A stretch of DNA of 64,000 nt, taken from assembly GCA_964057225.1 (NCBI GenBank), contig OZ059898.1, positions 2,356,001 through 2,420,000 of the forward strand, read 5' to 3'. Below the pieces are notes generated by a model. That model saw only the letters and a program-made list of their open reading frames with translations, had not been told where the DNA came from and did no database searches. A program made the position numbers and the translations under genes. Every line of letters starts with the position of its first letter. Position 1 is the stretch's first letter. This DNA is from Auanema rhodensis. Its lineage: Eukaryota > Animalia > Nematoda. Shown here piece after piece: positions 28,079 to 40,900 of the stretch.

Positions 28079-31000
28079 ATATAAGTTCACACTTATATCC
28101 TCGATTTTCACCCTGAAGAATTAATTTTTTCGTTGAATAACATTGTCCATCGTCTTTGCCTTGAAGAATGGAATCTAAAAACATCTACTTTTTGCTAAAT
28201 TATTTTGAAATTTTTCGAAAAAATTTTTGTCAAAATGTTTTTGGAAGCAATGTTGAGTGTACATGGAAACTCAACATACACTAATGCATCATTTTTCAAA
28301 CGATCATAACTTATTTTTGTAACAAGCGTTTCTCAATGTAGTATAGTGCATTCGATGCGGATTTTTAAGCTGCGTCGATCTGTGTTATCAGATTTGCGCT
28401 AGCTTAAAAATGCACCGAGATATCAACTGATATAAGTTCACACTTATATCCTCGATTTTCTACCTGAAGAATTAATTTTTTCGTTGAATAACATTGTCCA
28501 TCGTCTTTGCCTTAAAAAATTGAATCTAAAAACATCTACTTTTTGCTAAATTATTTTGAAATTTTTCGAAAAAATTTTTGTCAAAATGTTTTTGGAAGCA
28601 ATGTTGAGTGTACATGGAAATTCAACATACACTAATGCATCATTTTTCAAACGATCATAACTAATTTTTGTATCAAGCGTTTCTTAATGTAGTATAGTGC
28701 ATTCGATCCGGATTTTTAAGCTGCGTCGATCTGTGTTATCTGATTTGCGCTAGCTTAAAAATGCACCGAGATATCAACTGATATAAGTTCACACTTATAT
28801 CCTCGATTTTCACCCTGAAGAATTAATTTTTTCGTTGAATAACATTGTCCATCGTCTTTGCCTTGAAAAATGGAATCTAAAAACATCTACTTTTTGCTAA
28901 ATTATTTTGAAATTTTTCGAAAAAATTTTTGTCAAAATGTTTTTGGAAGCAATGTTGAGTGTACATGGAAACTCAACATACACTAATGCATCATTTTTCA
29001 AACGATCATAACTTATTTTTGTAACAAGCGTTTCTCAATGTAGTATAGTGCATTCGATGCGGATTTTTAAGCTGCGTCGATCTGTGTTATCAGATTTGCG
29101 CTAGCTTAAAAATGCACCGAGATATCAACTGATATAAGTTCACACTTATATCCTCGATTTTCTACCTGAAGAATTAATTTTTTCGTTGAATAACATTGTC
29201 CATCGTCTTTGCCTTAAAAAATTGAATCTAAAAACATCTACTTTTTGCTAAATTATTTTGAAATTTTTCGAAAAAATTTTTGTCAAAATGTTTTTGGAAG
29301 CAATGTTGAGTGTACATGGAAACTCAACATACACTAATGCATCATTTTTCAAACGATCATAACTAATTTTTGTATTAAGCGTTTCTCAATGTAGTATAGT
29401 GCATTCGATGCGGATTTTTAAGCTGCGTCGATCTGTGTTATCAGATTTGCGCTAGCTTAAAAATGCACCGAGATATCAACTGATATAAGTTCACACTTAT
29501 ATCCTCGATTTTCACCCTGAAGAATTAATTTTTTCGTTGAATTACATTGTCCATCGTCTTTGCCTTGAAAAATGGAATCTAAAAACATCTACTTTTTGCT
29601 AAATTATTTTGAAATTTTTCGAAAAAATTTTTGTCAAAATGTTTTTGGAAGCAATGTTGAGTGTACATGGAAACTCAACATACACTAATGCATCATTTTT
29701 CAAACGATCATAACTAATTTTTGTATTAAGCGTTTCTCAATGTAGTATAGTGCATTCGATGCGGATTTTTAAGCTGCGTCGATCTGTGTTATCAGATTTG
29801 CGCTAGCTTAAAAATGCACCGAGATATCAACTGATATAAGTTCACACTTATATCCTCGATTTTCACCCTGAAGAATTAATTTTTTCGTTGAATAACATTG
29901 TCCATCGTCTTTGCCTTGAAAAAAGGAATCTAAAAACATCTACTTTTTGCTAAATTATTTTGAAATTTTTCGAAAAAATTTTTGTCAAAATGTTTTTGGA
30001 AGCAATGTTGAGTGTACATGGAAACTCAACATACACTAATGCATCATTTTTCAAACGATCATAACTAATTTTTGTATCAAGCGTTTCTTAATGTAGTATA
30101 GTGCATTCGATCCGGATTTTTAAGCTGCGTCGATCTGTGTTATCAGATTTGCGCTAGCTTAAAAATGCACCGAGATATCAACTGATATAAGTTCACACTT
30201 ATATCCTCGATTTTCACCCTGAAGAATTAATTTTTTCGTTGAATAACATTGTCCATCGTCTTTGCCTTGAAAAATGGAATCTAAAAACATCTACTTTTTG
30301 CTAAATTATTTTGAAATTTTTCGAAAAAATTTTTGTCAAAATGTTTTTGGAAGCAATGTTGAGTGTACATGGAAACTCAACATACACTAATGCATCATTT
30401 TTCAAACGATCATAACTTATTTTTGTAACAAGCGTTTCTCAATGTAGTATAGTGCATTCGATGCGGATTTTTAAGCTGCGTCGATCTGTGTTATCAGATT
30501 TGCGCTAGCTTAAAAATGCACCGAGATATCAACTGATATAAGTTCACACTTATATCCTCGATTTTCTACCTGAAGAATTAATTTTTTCGTTGAATAACAT
30601 TGTCCATCGTCTTTGCCTTAAAAAATTGAATCTAAAAACATCTACTTTTTGCTAAATTATTTTGAAATTTTTCGAAAAAATTTTTGTCAAAATGTTTTTG
30701 GAAGCAATGTTGAGTGTACATGGAAACTCAACATACACTAATGCATCATTTTTCAAACGATCATAACTAATTTTTGTATCAAGCGTTTCTTAATGTAGTA
30801 TAGTGCATTCGATCCGGATTTTTAAGCTGCGTCGATCTGTGTTATCTGATTTGCGCTAGCTTAAAAATGCACCGAGATATCAACTGATATAAGTTCACAC
30901 TTATATCCTCGATTTTCACCCTGAAGAATTAATTTTTTCGTTGAATAACATTGTCCATCGTCTTTGCCTTGAAAAATGGAATCTAAAAACATCTACTTTT

Positions 31001-34000
31001 TGCTAAATTATTTTGAAATTTTTCGAAAAAATTTTTGTCAAAATGTTTTTGGAAGCAATGTTGAGTGTACATGGAAACTCAACATACACTAATGCATCAT
31101 TTTTCAAACGATCATAACTTATTTTTGTAACAAGCGTTTCTCAATGTAGTATAGTGCATTCGATGCGGATTTTTAAGCTGCGTCGATCTGTGTTATCAGA
31201 TTTGCGCTAGCTTAAAAATGCACCGAGATATCAACTGATATAAGTTCACACTTATATCCTCGATTTTCTACCTGAAGAATTAATTTTTTCGTTGAATAAC
31301 ATTGTCCATCGTCTTTGCCTTAAAAAATTGAATCTAAAAACATCTACTTTTTGCTAAATTATTTTGAAATTTTTCGAAAAAATTTTTGTCAAAATGTTTT
31401 TGGAAGCAATGTTGAGTGTACATGGAAACTCAACATACACTAATGCATCATTTTTCAAACGATCATAACTAATTTTTGTATTAAGCGTTTCTCAATGTAG
31501 TATAGTGCATTCGATGCGGATTTTTAAGCTGCGTCGATCTGTGTTATCAGATTTGCGCTAGCTTAAAAATGCACCGAGATATCAACTGATATAAGTTCAC
31601 ACTTATATCCTCGATTTTCACCCTGAAGAATTAATTTTTTCGTTGAATTACATTGTCCATCGTCTTTGCCTTGAAAAATGGAATCTAAAAACATCTACTT
31701 TTTGCTAAATTATTTTGAAATTTTTCGAAAAAATTTTTGTCAAAATGTTTTTGGAAGCAATGTTGAGTGTACATGGAAACTCAACATACACTAATGCATC
31801 ATTTTTCAAACGATCATAACTAATTTTTGTATTAAGCGTTTCTCAATGTAGTATAGTGCATTCGATGCGGATTTTTAAGCTGCGTCGATCTGTGTTATCA
31901 GATTTGCGCTAGCTTAAAAATGCACCGAGATATCAACTGATATAAGTTCACACTTATATCCTCGATTTTCACCCTGAAGAATTAATTTTTTCGTTGAATA
32001 ACATTGTCCATCGTCTTTGCCTTGAAAAAAGGAATCTAAAAACATCTACTTTTTGCTAAATTATTTTGAAATTTTTCGAAAAAATTTTTGTCAAAATGTT
32101 TTTGGAAGCAATGTTGAGTGTACATGGAAACTCAACATACACTAATGCATCATTTTTCAAACGATCATAACTAATTTTTGTATCAAGCGTTTCTTAATGT
32201 AGTATAGTGCATTCGATCCGGATTTTTAAGCTGCGTCGATCTGTGTTATCAGATTTGCGCTAGCTTAAAAATGCACCGAGATATCAACTGATATAAGTTC
32301 ACACTTATATCCTCGATTTTCACCCTGAAGAATTAATTTTTTCGTTGAATAACATTGTCCATCGTCTTTGCCTTGAAAAATGGAATCTAAAAACATCTAC
32401 TTTTTGCTAAATTATTTTGAAATTTTTCGAAAAAATTTTTGTCAAAATGTTTTTGGAAGCAATGTTGAGTGTACATGGAAACTCAACATACACTAATGCA
32501 TCATTTTTCAAACGATCATAACTTATTTTTGTAACAAGCGTTTCTCAATGTAGTATAGTGCATTCGATGCGGATTTTTAAGCTGCGTCGATCTGTGTTAT
32601 CAGATTTGCGCTAGCTTAAAAATGCACCGAGATATCAACTGATATAAGTTCACACTTATATCCTCGATTTTCTACCTGAAGAATTAATTTTTTCGTTGAA
32701 TAACATTGTCCATCGTCTTTGCCTTAAAAAATTGAATCTAAAAACATCTACTTTTTGCTAAATTATTTTGAAATTTTTCGAAAAAATTTTTGTCAAAATG
32801 TTTTTGGAAGCAATGTTGAGTGTACATGGAAACTCAACATACACTAATGCATCATTTTTCAAACGATCATAACTAATTTTTGTATTAAGCGTTCTTCAAT
32901 GTAGTATAGTGCATTCGATCCGGATTTTTAAGCTGCGTCGATCTGTGTTATCAGATTTGCGCTAGCTTAAAAATGCACCGAGATATCAACTGATATAAGT
33001 TCACACTTATATCCTCGATTTTCACCCTGAAGAATTAATTTTTTCGTTGAATAACATTGTCCATCGTCTTTGCCTTGAAAAATGAAATCTAAAAACATCT
33101 ACTTTTTGCTAAATTATTTTGAAATTTTTCGAAAAAATTTTTGTCAAAATGTTTTTGGAAGCAATGTTGAGTGTACATGGAAACTCAACATACACTAATG
33201 CATCATTTTTCAAACGAATATAACTAATTTTTGTATCAAGCGTTTCTCAATGTAGTATAGTGCATTCGATGCGGATTTTTAAGCTGCTTCGATCTGTGTT
33301 ATCAGATTTGCGCTAGCTTAAAAATGCACCGAGATATCAACTGATATAAGTTCACACTTATATCCTCGATTTTCACCCTGAAGAATCAATTTTTTCGTTG
33401 AATAACATTGTCCATCGTCTTTGCCATGAAAAAAGGAATCTAAAAACATCTACTTTTTGCTGAATTATTTTGAAATTTTTCGAAAAAATTTTTGTCAAAA
33501 TGTTTTTGGAAGCAATGTTGAGTGTACATGGAAACTCAACATACACTAATGCATCATTTTTCAAACGATCATAACTAATTTTTGTATTAAGCGTTTCTCA
33601 ATGTAGTATAGTGCATTCGATGCGGATTTTTAAGCTGCGTCGATCTGTGTTATCAGATTTGCGCTAGCTTAAAAATGCACCGAGATATCAACTGATATAA
33701 GTTCACACTTATATCCTCGATTTTCACCCTGAAGAATTAATTTTTTCGTTGAATTACATTGTCCATCGTCTTTGCCTTGAAAAATGGAATCTAAAAACAT
33801 CTACTTTTTGCTAAATTATTTTGAAATTTTTCGAAAAAATTTTTGTCAAAATGTTTTTGGAAGCAATGTTGAGTGTACATGGAAACTCAACATACACTAA
33901 TGCATCATTTTTCAAACGATCATAACTAATTTTTGTATTAAGCGTTTCTCAATGTAGTATAGTGCATTCGATGCGGATTTTTAAGCTGCGTCGATCTGTG

Positions 34001-37000
34001 TTATCAGATTTGCGCTAGCTTAAAAATGCACCGAGATATCAACTGATATAAGTTCACACTTATATCCTCGATTTTCACCCTGAAGAATTAATTTTTTCGT
34101 TGAATAACATTGTCCATCGTCTTTGCCTTGAAAAAAGGAATCTAAAAACATCTACTTTTTGCTAAATTATTTTGAAATTTTTCGAAAAAATTTTTGTCAA
34201 AATGTTTTTGGAAGCAATGTTGAGTGTACATGGAAACTCAACATACACTAATGCATCATTTTTCAAACGATCATAACTAATTTTTGTATCAAGCGTTTCT
34301 TAATGTAGTATAGTGCATTCGATCCGGATTTTTAAGCTGCGTCGATCTGTGTTATCAGATTTGCGCTAGCTTAAAAATGCACCGAGATATCAACTGATAT
34401 AAGTTCACACTTATATCCTCGATTTTCACCCTGAAGAATTAATTTTTTCGTTGAATAACATTGTCCATCGTCTTTGCCTTAAAAAATGGAATCTAAAAAC
34501 ATCTACTTTTTGCTAAATTATTTTGAAATTTTTCGAAAAAATTTTTGTCAAAATGTTTTTGGAAGCAATGTTGAGTGTACATGGAAACTCAACATACACT
34601 AATGCATCATTTTTCAAACGATCATAACTTATTTTTGTAACAAGCGTTTCTCAATGTAGTATAGTGCATTCGATGCGGATTTTTAAGCTGCGTCGATCTG
34701 TGTTATCAGATTTGCGCTAGCTTAAAAATGCACCGAGATATCAACTGATATAAGTTCACACTTATATCCTCGATTTTCTACCTGAAGAATTAATTTTTTC
34801 GTTGAATAACATTGTCCATCGTCTTTGCCTTAAAAAATTGAATCTAAAAACATCTACTTTTTGCTAAATTATTTTGAAATTTTTCGAAAAAATTTTTGTC
34901 AAAATGTTTTTGGAAGCAATGTTGAGTGTACATGGAAACTCAACATACACTAATGCATCATTTTTCAAACGATCATAACTAATTTTTGTATTAAGCGTTC
35001 TTCAATGTAGTATAGTGCATTCGATCCGGATTTTTAAGCTGCGTCGATCTGTGTTATCAGATTTGCGCTAGCTTAAAAATGCACCGAGATATCAACTGAT
35101 ATAAGTTCACACTTATATCCTCGATTTTCACCCTGAAGAATTAATTTTTTCGTTGAATAACATTGTCCATCGTCTTTGCCTTGAAAAATGAAATCTAAAA
35201 ACATCTACTTTTTGCTAAATTATTTTGAAATTTTTCGAAAAAATTTTTGTCAAAATGTTTTTGGAAGCAATGTTGAGTGTACATGGAAACTCAACATACA
35301 CTAATGCATCATTTTTCAAACGAATATAACTAATTTTTGTATCAAGCGTTTCTCAATGTAGTATAGTGCATTCGATGCGGATTTTTAAGCTGCGTCGATC
35401 TGTGTTATCAGATTTGCGCTAGCTTAAAAATGCACCGAGATATCAACTGATATAAGTTCACACTTATATCCTCGATTTTCACCCTGAAGAATCAATTTTT
35501 TCGTTGAATAACATTGTCCATCGTCTTTGCCTTGAAAAAAGGAATCTAAAAACATCTACTTTTTGCTGAATTATTTTGAAATTTTTCGAAAAAATTTTTG
35601 TCAAAATGTTTTTGGAAGCAATGTTGAGTGTACATGGAAACTCAACATACACTAATGCATCATTTTTCAAACGATCATAACTAATTTTTGTATCAAGTGT
35701 TTCTCAATGTAGTATAGTGCATTCGATGCGGATTTTCAAGCTGCGTCGATCTGTGTTATCAGATTTGCGCTAGCTTAAACATGCACCGAGATATCAACTG
35801 ATATAAGTTCACACATATATACCCGATTTTCACCCTGAAGAATTAATTTTTTCGTTGAATAACATTGTCCATCGTCTTTGCCTTGAAAAAAGGAATCTAA
35901 AAACATCTACTTTTCGCTAAATTATTTTGAAATTTTTCGAAAAAATTTTTGTCAAAATGTTTTTGGAAGCAATGTTGAGTGTACATGGAAACTCAACATA
36001 CACTAATGCATCATTTTTCAAACGATTATAACTAATTTTTGTATTAAGCGTTTCTCAATGTAGTATAGTGCATTCGATGCGGATTTTTAAGCTGCGTCGA
36101 TCTGTGTTATCAGATTTGCGCTAGCTTAAAAATGCACCGAGATATCAACTGATATAAGTTCACACTTATATCCTCGATTTTCACCCTGAAGAATTAATTT
36201 TTTCGTTGAATAACATTGTCCATCGTCTTTGCCTTGAAAAAAGGAATCTAAAAACATCTACTTTTTGCTAAATTATTTTGAAATTTTTCGAAAAAATTTT
36301 TGTCAAAATGTTTTTGGAAGCAATGTTGAGTGTACATGGAAACTCAACATACACTAATGCATCATTTTTCAAACGATCATAACTAATTTTTGTATCAAGC
36401 GTTTCTTAATGTAGTATAGTGCATTCGATCCGGATTTTTAAGCTGCGTCGATCTGTGTTATCAGATTTGCGCTAGCTTAAAAATGCACCGAGATATCAAC
36501 TGATATAAGTTCACACTTATATCCTCGATTTTCACCCTGAAGAATTAATTTTTTCGTTGAATAACATTGTCCATCGTCTTTGCCTTGAAAAATGGAATCT
36601 AAAAACATCTACTTTTTGCTAAATTATTTTGAAATTTTTCGAAAAAATTTTTGTCAAAATGTTTTTGGAAGCAATGTTGAGTGTACATGGAAACTCAACA
36701 TACACTAATGCATCATTTTTCAAACGATCATAACTTATTTTTGTAACAAGCGTTTCTCAATGTAGTATAGTGCATTCGATGCGGATTTTTAAGCTGCGTC
36801 GATCTGTGTTATCAGATTTGCGCTAGCTTAAAAATGCACCGAGATATCAACTGATATAAGTTCACACTTATATCCTCGATTTTCTACCTGAAGAATTAAT
36901 TTTTTCGTTGAATAACATTGTCCATCGTCTTTGCCTTAAAAAATTGAATCTAAAAACATCTACTTTTTGCTAAATTATTTTGAAATTTTTCGAAAAAATT

Positions 37001-37906
37001 TTTGTCAAAATGTTTTTGGAAGCAATGTTGAGTGTACATGGAAACTCAACATACACTAATGCATCATTTTTCAAACGATCATAACTAATTTTTGTATTAA
37101 GCGTTCTTCAATGTAGTATAGTGCATTCGATCCGGATTTTTAAGCTGCGTCGATCTGTGTTATCAGATTTGCGCTAGCTTAAAAATGCACCGAGATATCA
37201 ACTGATATAAGTTCACACTTATATCCTCGATTTTCACCCTGAAGAATTAATTTTTTCGTTGAATAACATTGTCCATCGTCTTTGCCTTGAAAAATGAAAT
37301 CTAAAAACATCTACTTTTTGCTAAATTATTTTGAAATTTTTCGAAAAAATTTTTGTCAAAATGTTTTTGGAAGCAATGTTGAGTGTACATGGAAACTCAA
37401 CATACACTAATGCATCATTTTTCAAACGAATATAACTAATTTTTGTATCAAGCGTTTCTCAATGTAGTATAGTGCATTCGATGCGGATTTTGAAGCTGCG
37501 TCGATCTGTGTTATCAGATTTGCGCTAGCTTAAAAATGCACCGAGATATCAACTGATATAAGTTCACACTTATATCCTCGATTTTCACCCTGAAGAATCA
37601 ATTTTTTCGTTGAATAACATTGTCCATCGTCTTTGCCTTGAAAAAAGGAATCTAAAAACATCTACTTTTTGCTGAATTATTTTGAAATTTTTCGAAAAAA
37701 TTTTTGTCAAAATGTTTTTGGAAGCAATGTTGAGTGTACATGGAAACTCAACATACACTAATGCATCATTTTTCAAACGATCATAACTAATTTTTGTATC
37801 AAGTGTTTCTCAATGTAGTATAGTGCATTCGATGCGGATTTTTAAGCTGCGTCGATCTGTGTTATCAGATTTGCGCTAGCTTAAAAATGCACCGAGATAT
37901 CAACTG
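28079..37906 (+). repeat. Hexameric-period block (2106 bp, about 4.7 units) with changing internal composition
   Basis: Units start at 28079, 30185, 32291, 34397 and 36503. Each begins with an ACTTAT..TAAC monomer followed by a TTCTACC monomer, and the complete units end with an AAAAAAGG + GATCCGG monomer. Minus-strand ORFs at 33373, 35479 and 37585 are 2106 bp apart. Confidence 0.8.
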
Positions 37907-40900
37907 ATATAAGTTCACACTTATATCCTCGATTTTCACCCTGAAGAATTAATTTTTTCGTTGAATAACATTGTCCATCGTCTTTGCCTTGAAAAATGGA
38001 ATCTAAAAACATCTACTTTTTGCTGAATTATTTTGAAATTTTTCGAAAAAATTTTTGTCAAAATGTTTTTGGAAGCAATGTTGAGTGTACATGGAAACTC
38101 AACATACACTAATGCATCATTTTTCAAACGATCATAACTAATTTTTGTATCAAGTGTTTCTCAATGTAGTATAGTGCATTCGATGCGGATTTTCAAGCTG
38201 CGTCGATCTGTGTTATCAGATTTGCGCTAGCTTAAACATGCACCGAGATATCAACTGATATAAGTTCACACATATATACCCGATTTTCACCCTGAAGAAT
38301 TAATTTTTTCGTTGAATAACATTGTCCATCGTCTTTGCCTTGAAAAAAGGAATCTAAAAACATCTACTTTTCGCTAAATTATTTTGAAATTTTTCGAAAA
38401 AATTTTTGTCAAAATGTTTTTGGAAGCAATGTTGAGTGTACATGGAAACTCAACATACACTAATGCATCATTTTTCAAACGATTATAACTAATTTTTGTA
38501 TTAAGCGTTTCTCAATGTAGTGTAGTGCATTCGATGCGGATTTTTAAGCTGCGTCGATCTGTGTTATCAGATTTGCGCTAGCTTAAAAATGCACCGAGAT
38601 ATCAACTGATATAAGTTCACACTTATATCCTCGATTTTCACCCTGAAGAAATAATTTTTTCGTTGAATAACATTGTCCATCGTCTTTGCCTTGAAAAAAG
38701 GAATCTAAAAACATCTACTTTTTGCTAAATTATTTTGAAATTTTTCGAAAAAATTTTTGTCAAAATGTTTTTGGAAGCAATGTTGAGTGTACATGGAAAC
38801 TCAACATACACTAATGCATCATTTTTCAAACGAATATAACTAATTTTTGTATCAAGCGTTTCTCAATGTAGTATAGTGCATTCGTTGCGGATTTTTAAGC
38901 TGCGTCGATCTGTGTTATCAGATTTGCGCTAGCTTAAAAATGCACCGAGATATCAACTTTTATAAGTTCACACTTATATCCTCGATTTTCACCCTGAAGA
39001 ATCAATTTTTTCGTTGAATAACATTTTCCATCGTCTTTGCCTTGAAAAAAGGAATCTAAAAACATCTACTTTTTGCTGAATTATTTTGAAATTTTTCGAA
39101 AAAATTTTTGTCAAAATGTTTTTGGATGCAATGTTGAGTGTACATGGAAACTCAACATACACTAATGCATCATTTTTCAAACGATTATAACTAATTTTTG
39201 TATTAAGCGTTTCTCAATGTAGTATAGTGCATTCGATGCGGATTTTTAAGCTGCGTCGATCTGTGTTATCAGATTTGCGCTAGCTTAAAAATGCACCGAG
39301 ATATCAACTGATATAAGTTCACACTTATATCCTCGATTTTCACCCTGAAGAATTAATTTTTTCGTTGAATTACATTGTCCATCGTCTTTGCCTTGAAAAA
39401 TGGAATCTAAAAACATCTACTTTTTGCTGAATTATTTTGAAATTTTTCGAAAAAATTTTTGTCAAAATGTTTTTGGAAGCAATGTTGAGTGTACATGGAA
39501 ACTCAACATACACTAATGCATCATTTTTCAAACGATCATAACTAATTTTTGTATCAAGTGTTTCTCAATGTAGTATAGTGCATTCGATGCGGATTTTTAA
39601 CCTGCGTCGATCTGTGTTATCAGATTTGCGCTAGCTTAAAAATGCACCGAGATATCAACTGATATAAGTTCACACTTAGATCCTCGATTTTCACCCTGAA
39701 GAATTAATTTTTTCGTTGAATAACATTGTCCATCGTCTTTGCCTTGAAAAATGGAATCAAAAAACATCTACTTTTTGCTGAATTATTTTGAAATTTTTCG
39801 AAAAAATTTTTGTCAAAATGTTTTTGGAAGCAATGTTGAGTGTACATGGAAACTCAACATACACTAATGCATCATTTTTCAAACGAATATAACTAATTTT
39901 TGTATCAAGCGTTTCTCAATGTAGTATAGTGCATTCGTTGCGGATTTTTAAGCTGCGTCGATCTGTGTTATCAGATTTGCGCTAGCTTAAAAATGCACCG
40001 AGATATCAACTTTTATAAGTTCACACTTATATCCTCGATTTTCACCCTGAAGAATCAATTTTTTCGTTGAATAACATTTTCCATCGTCTTTGCCTTGAAA
40101 AAAGGAATCTAAAAACATCTACTTTTTGCTGAATTATTTTGAAATTTTTCGAAAAAATTTTTGTCAAAATGTTTTTGGAAGCAATGTTGAGTGTACATGG
40201 AAACTCAACATACACTAATGCATCATTTTTCAAACGATCATAACTAATTTTTGTATCAAGTGTTTCTCAATGTAGTATAGTGCATTCGATGCGGATTTTT
40301 AAGCTGCGTCGATCTGTGTTATCAGATTTGCGCTAGCTTAAAAATGCACCGAGATATCAACTGATATAAGTTCACACTTATATCCTCGATTTTCACCCTG
40401 AAGAATTAATTTTTTCGTTGAATAACATTGTCCATCGTCTTTGCCTTGAACAATGGAATCTAAAAACATCTACTTTTTGCTGAATTATTTTGAAATTTTT
40501 CGAAAAAATTTTTGTCAAAATGTTTTTGGAAGCAATGTTGAGTGTACATGGAAACTCAACATACACTAATGCATCATTTTTCAAACGATCATAACTAATT
40601 TTTGTATCAAGTGTTTCTCAATGTAGTATAGTGCATTCGATGCGGATTTTCAAGCTGCGTCGATCTGTGTTATCAGATTTGCGCTAGCTTAAACATGCAC
40701 CGAGATATCAACTGATATAAGTTCACACATATATACCCGATTTTCACCCTGAAGAATTAATTTTTTCGTTGAATAACATTGTCCATCGTCTTTGCCTTGA
40801 AAAAAGGAATCTAAAAACATCTACTTTTTGCTAAATTATTTTGAAATTTTTCGAAAAAATTTTTGTCAAAATGTTTTTGGAAGCAATGTTGAGTGTACAT

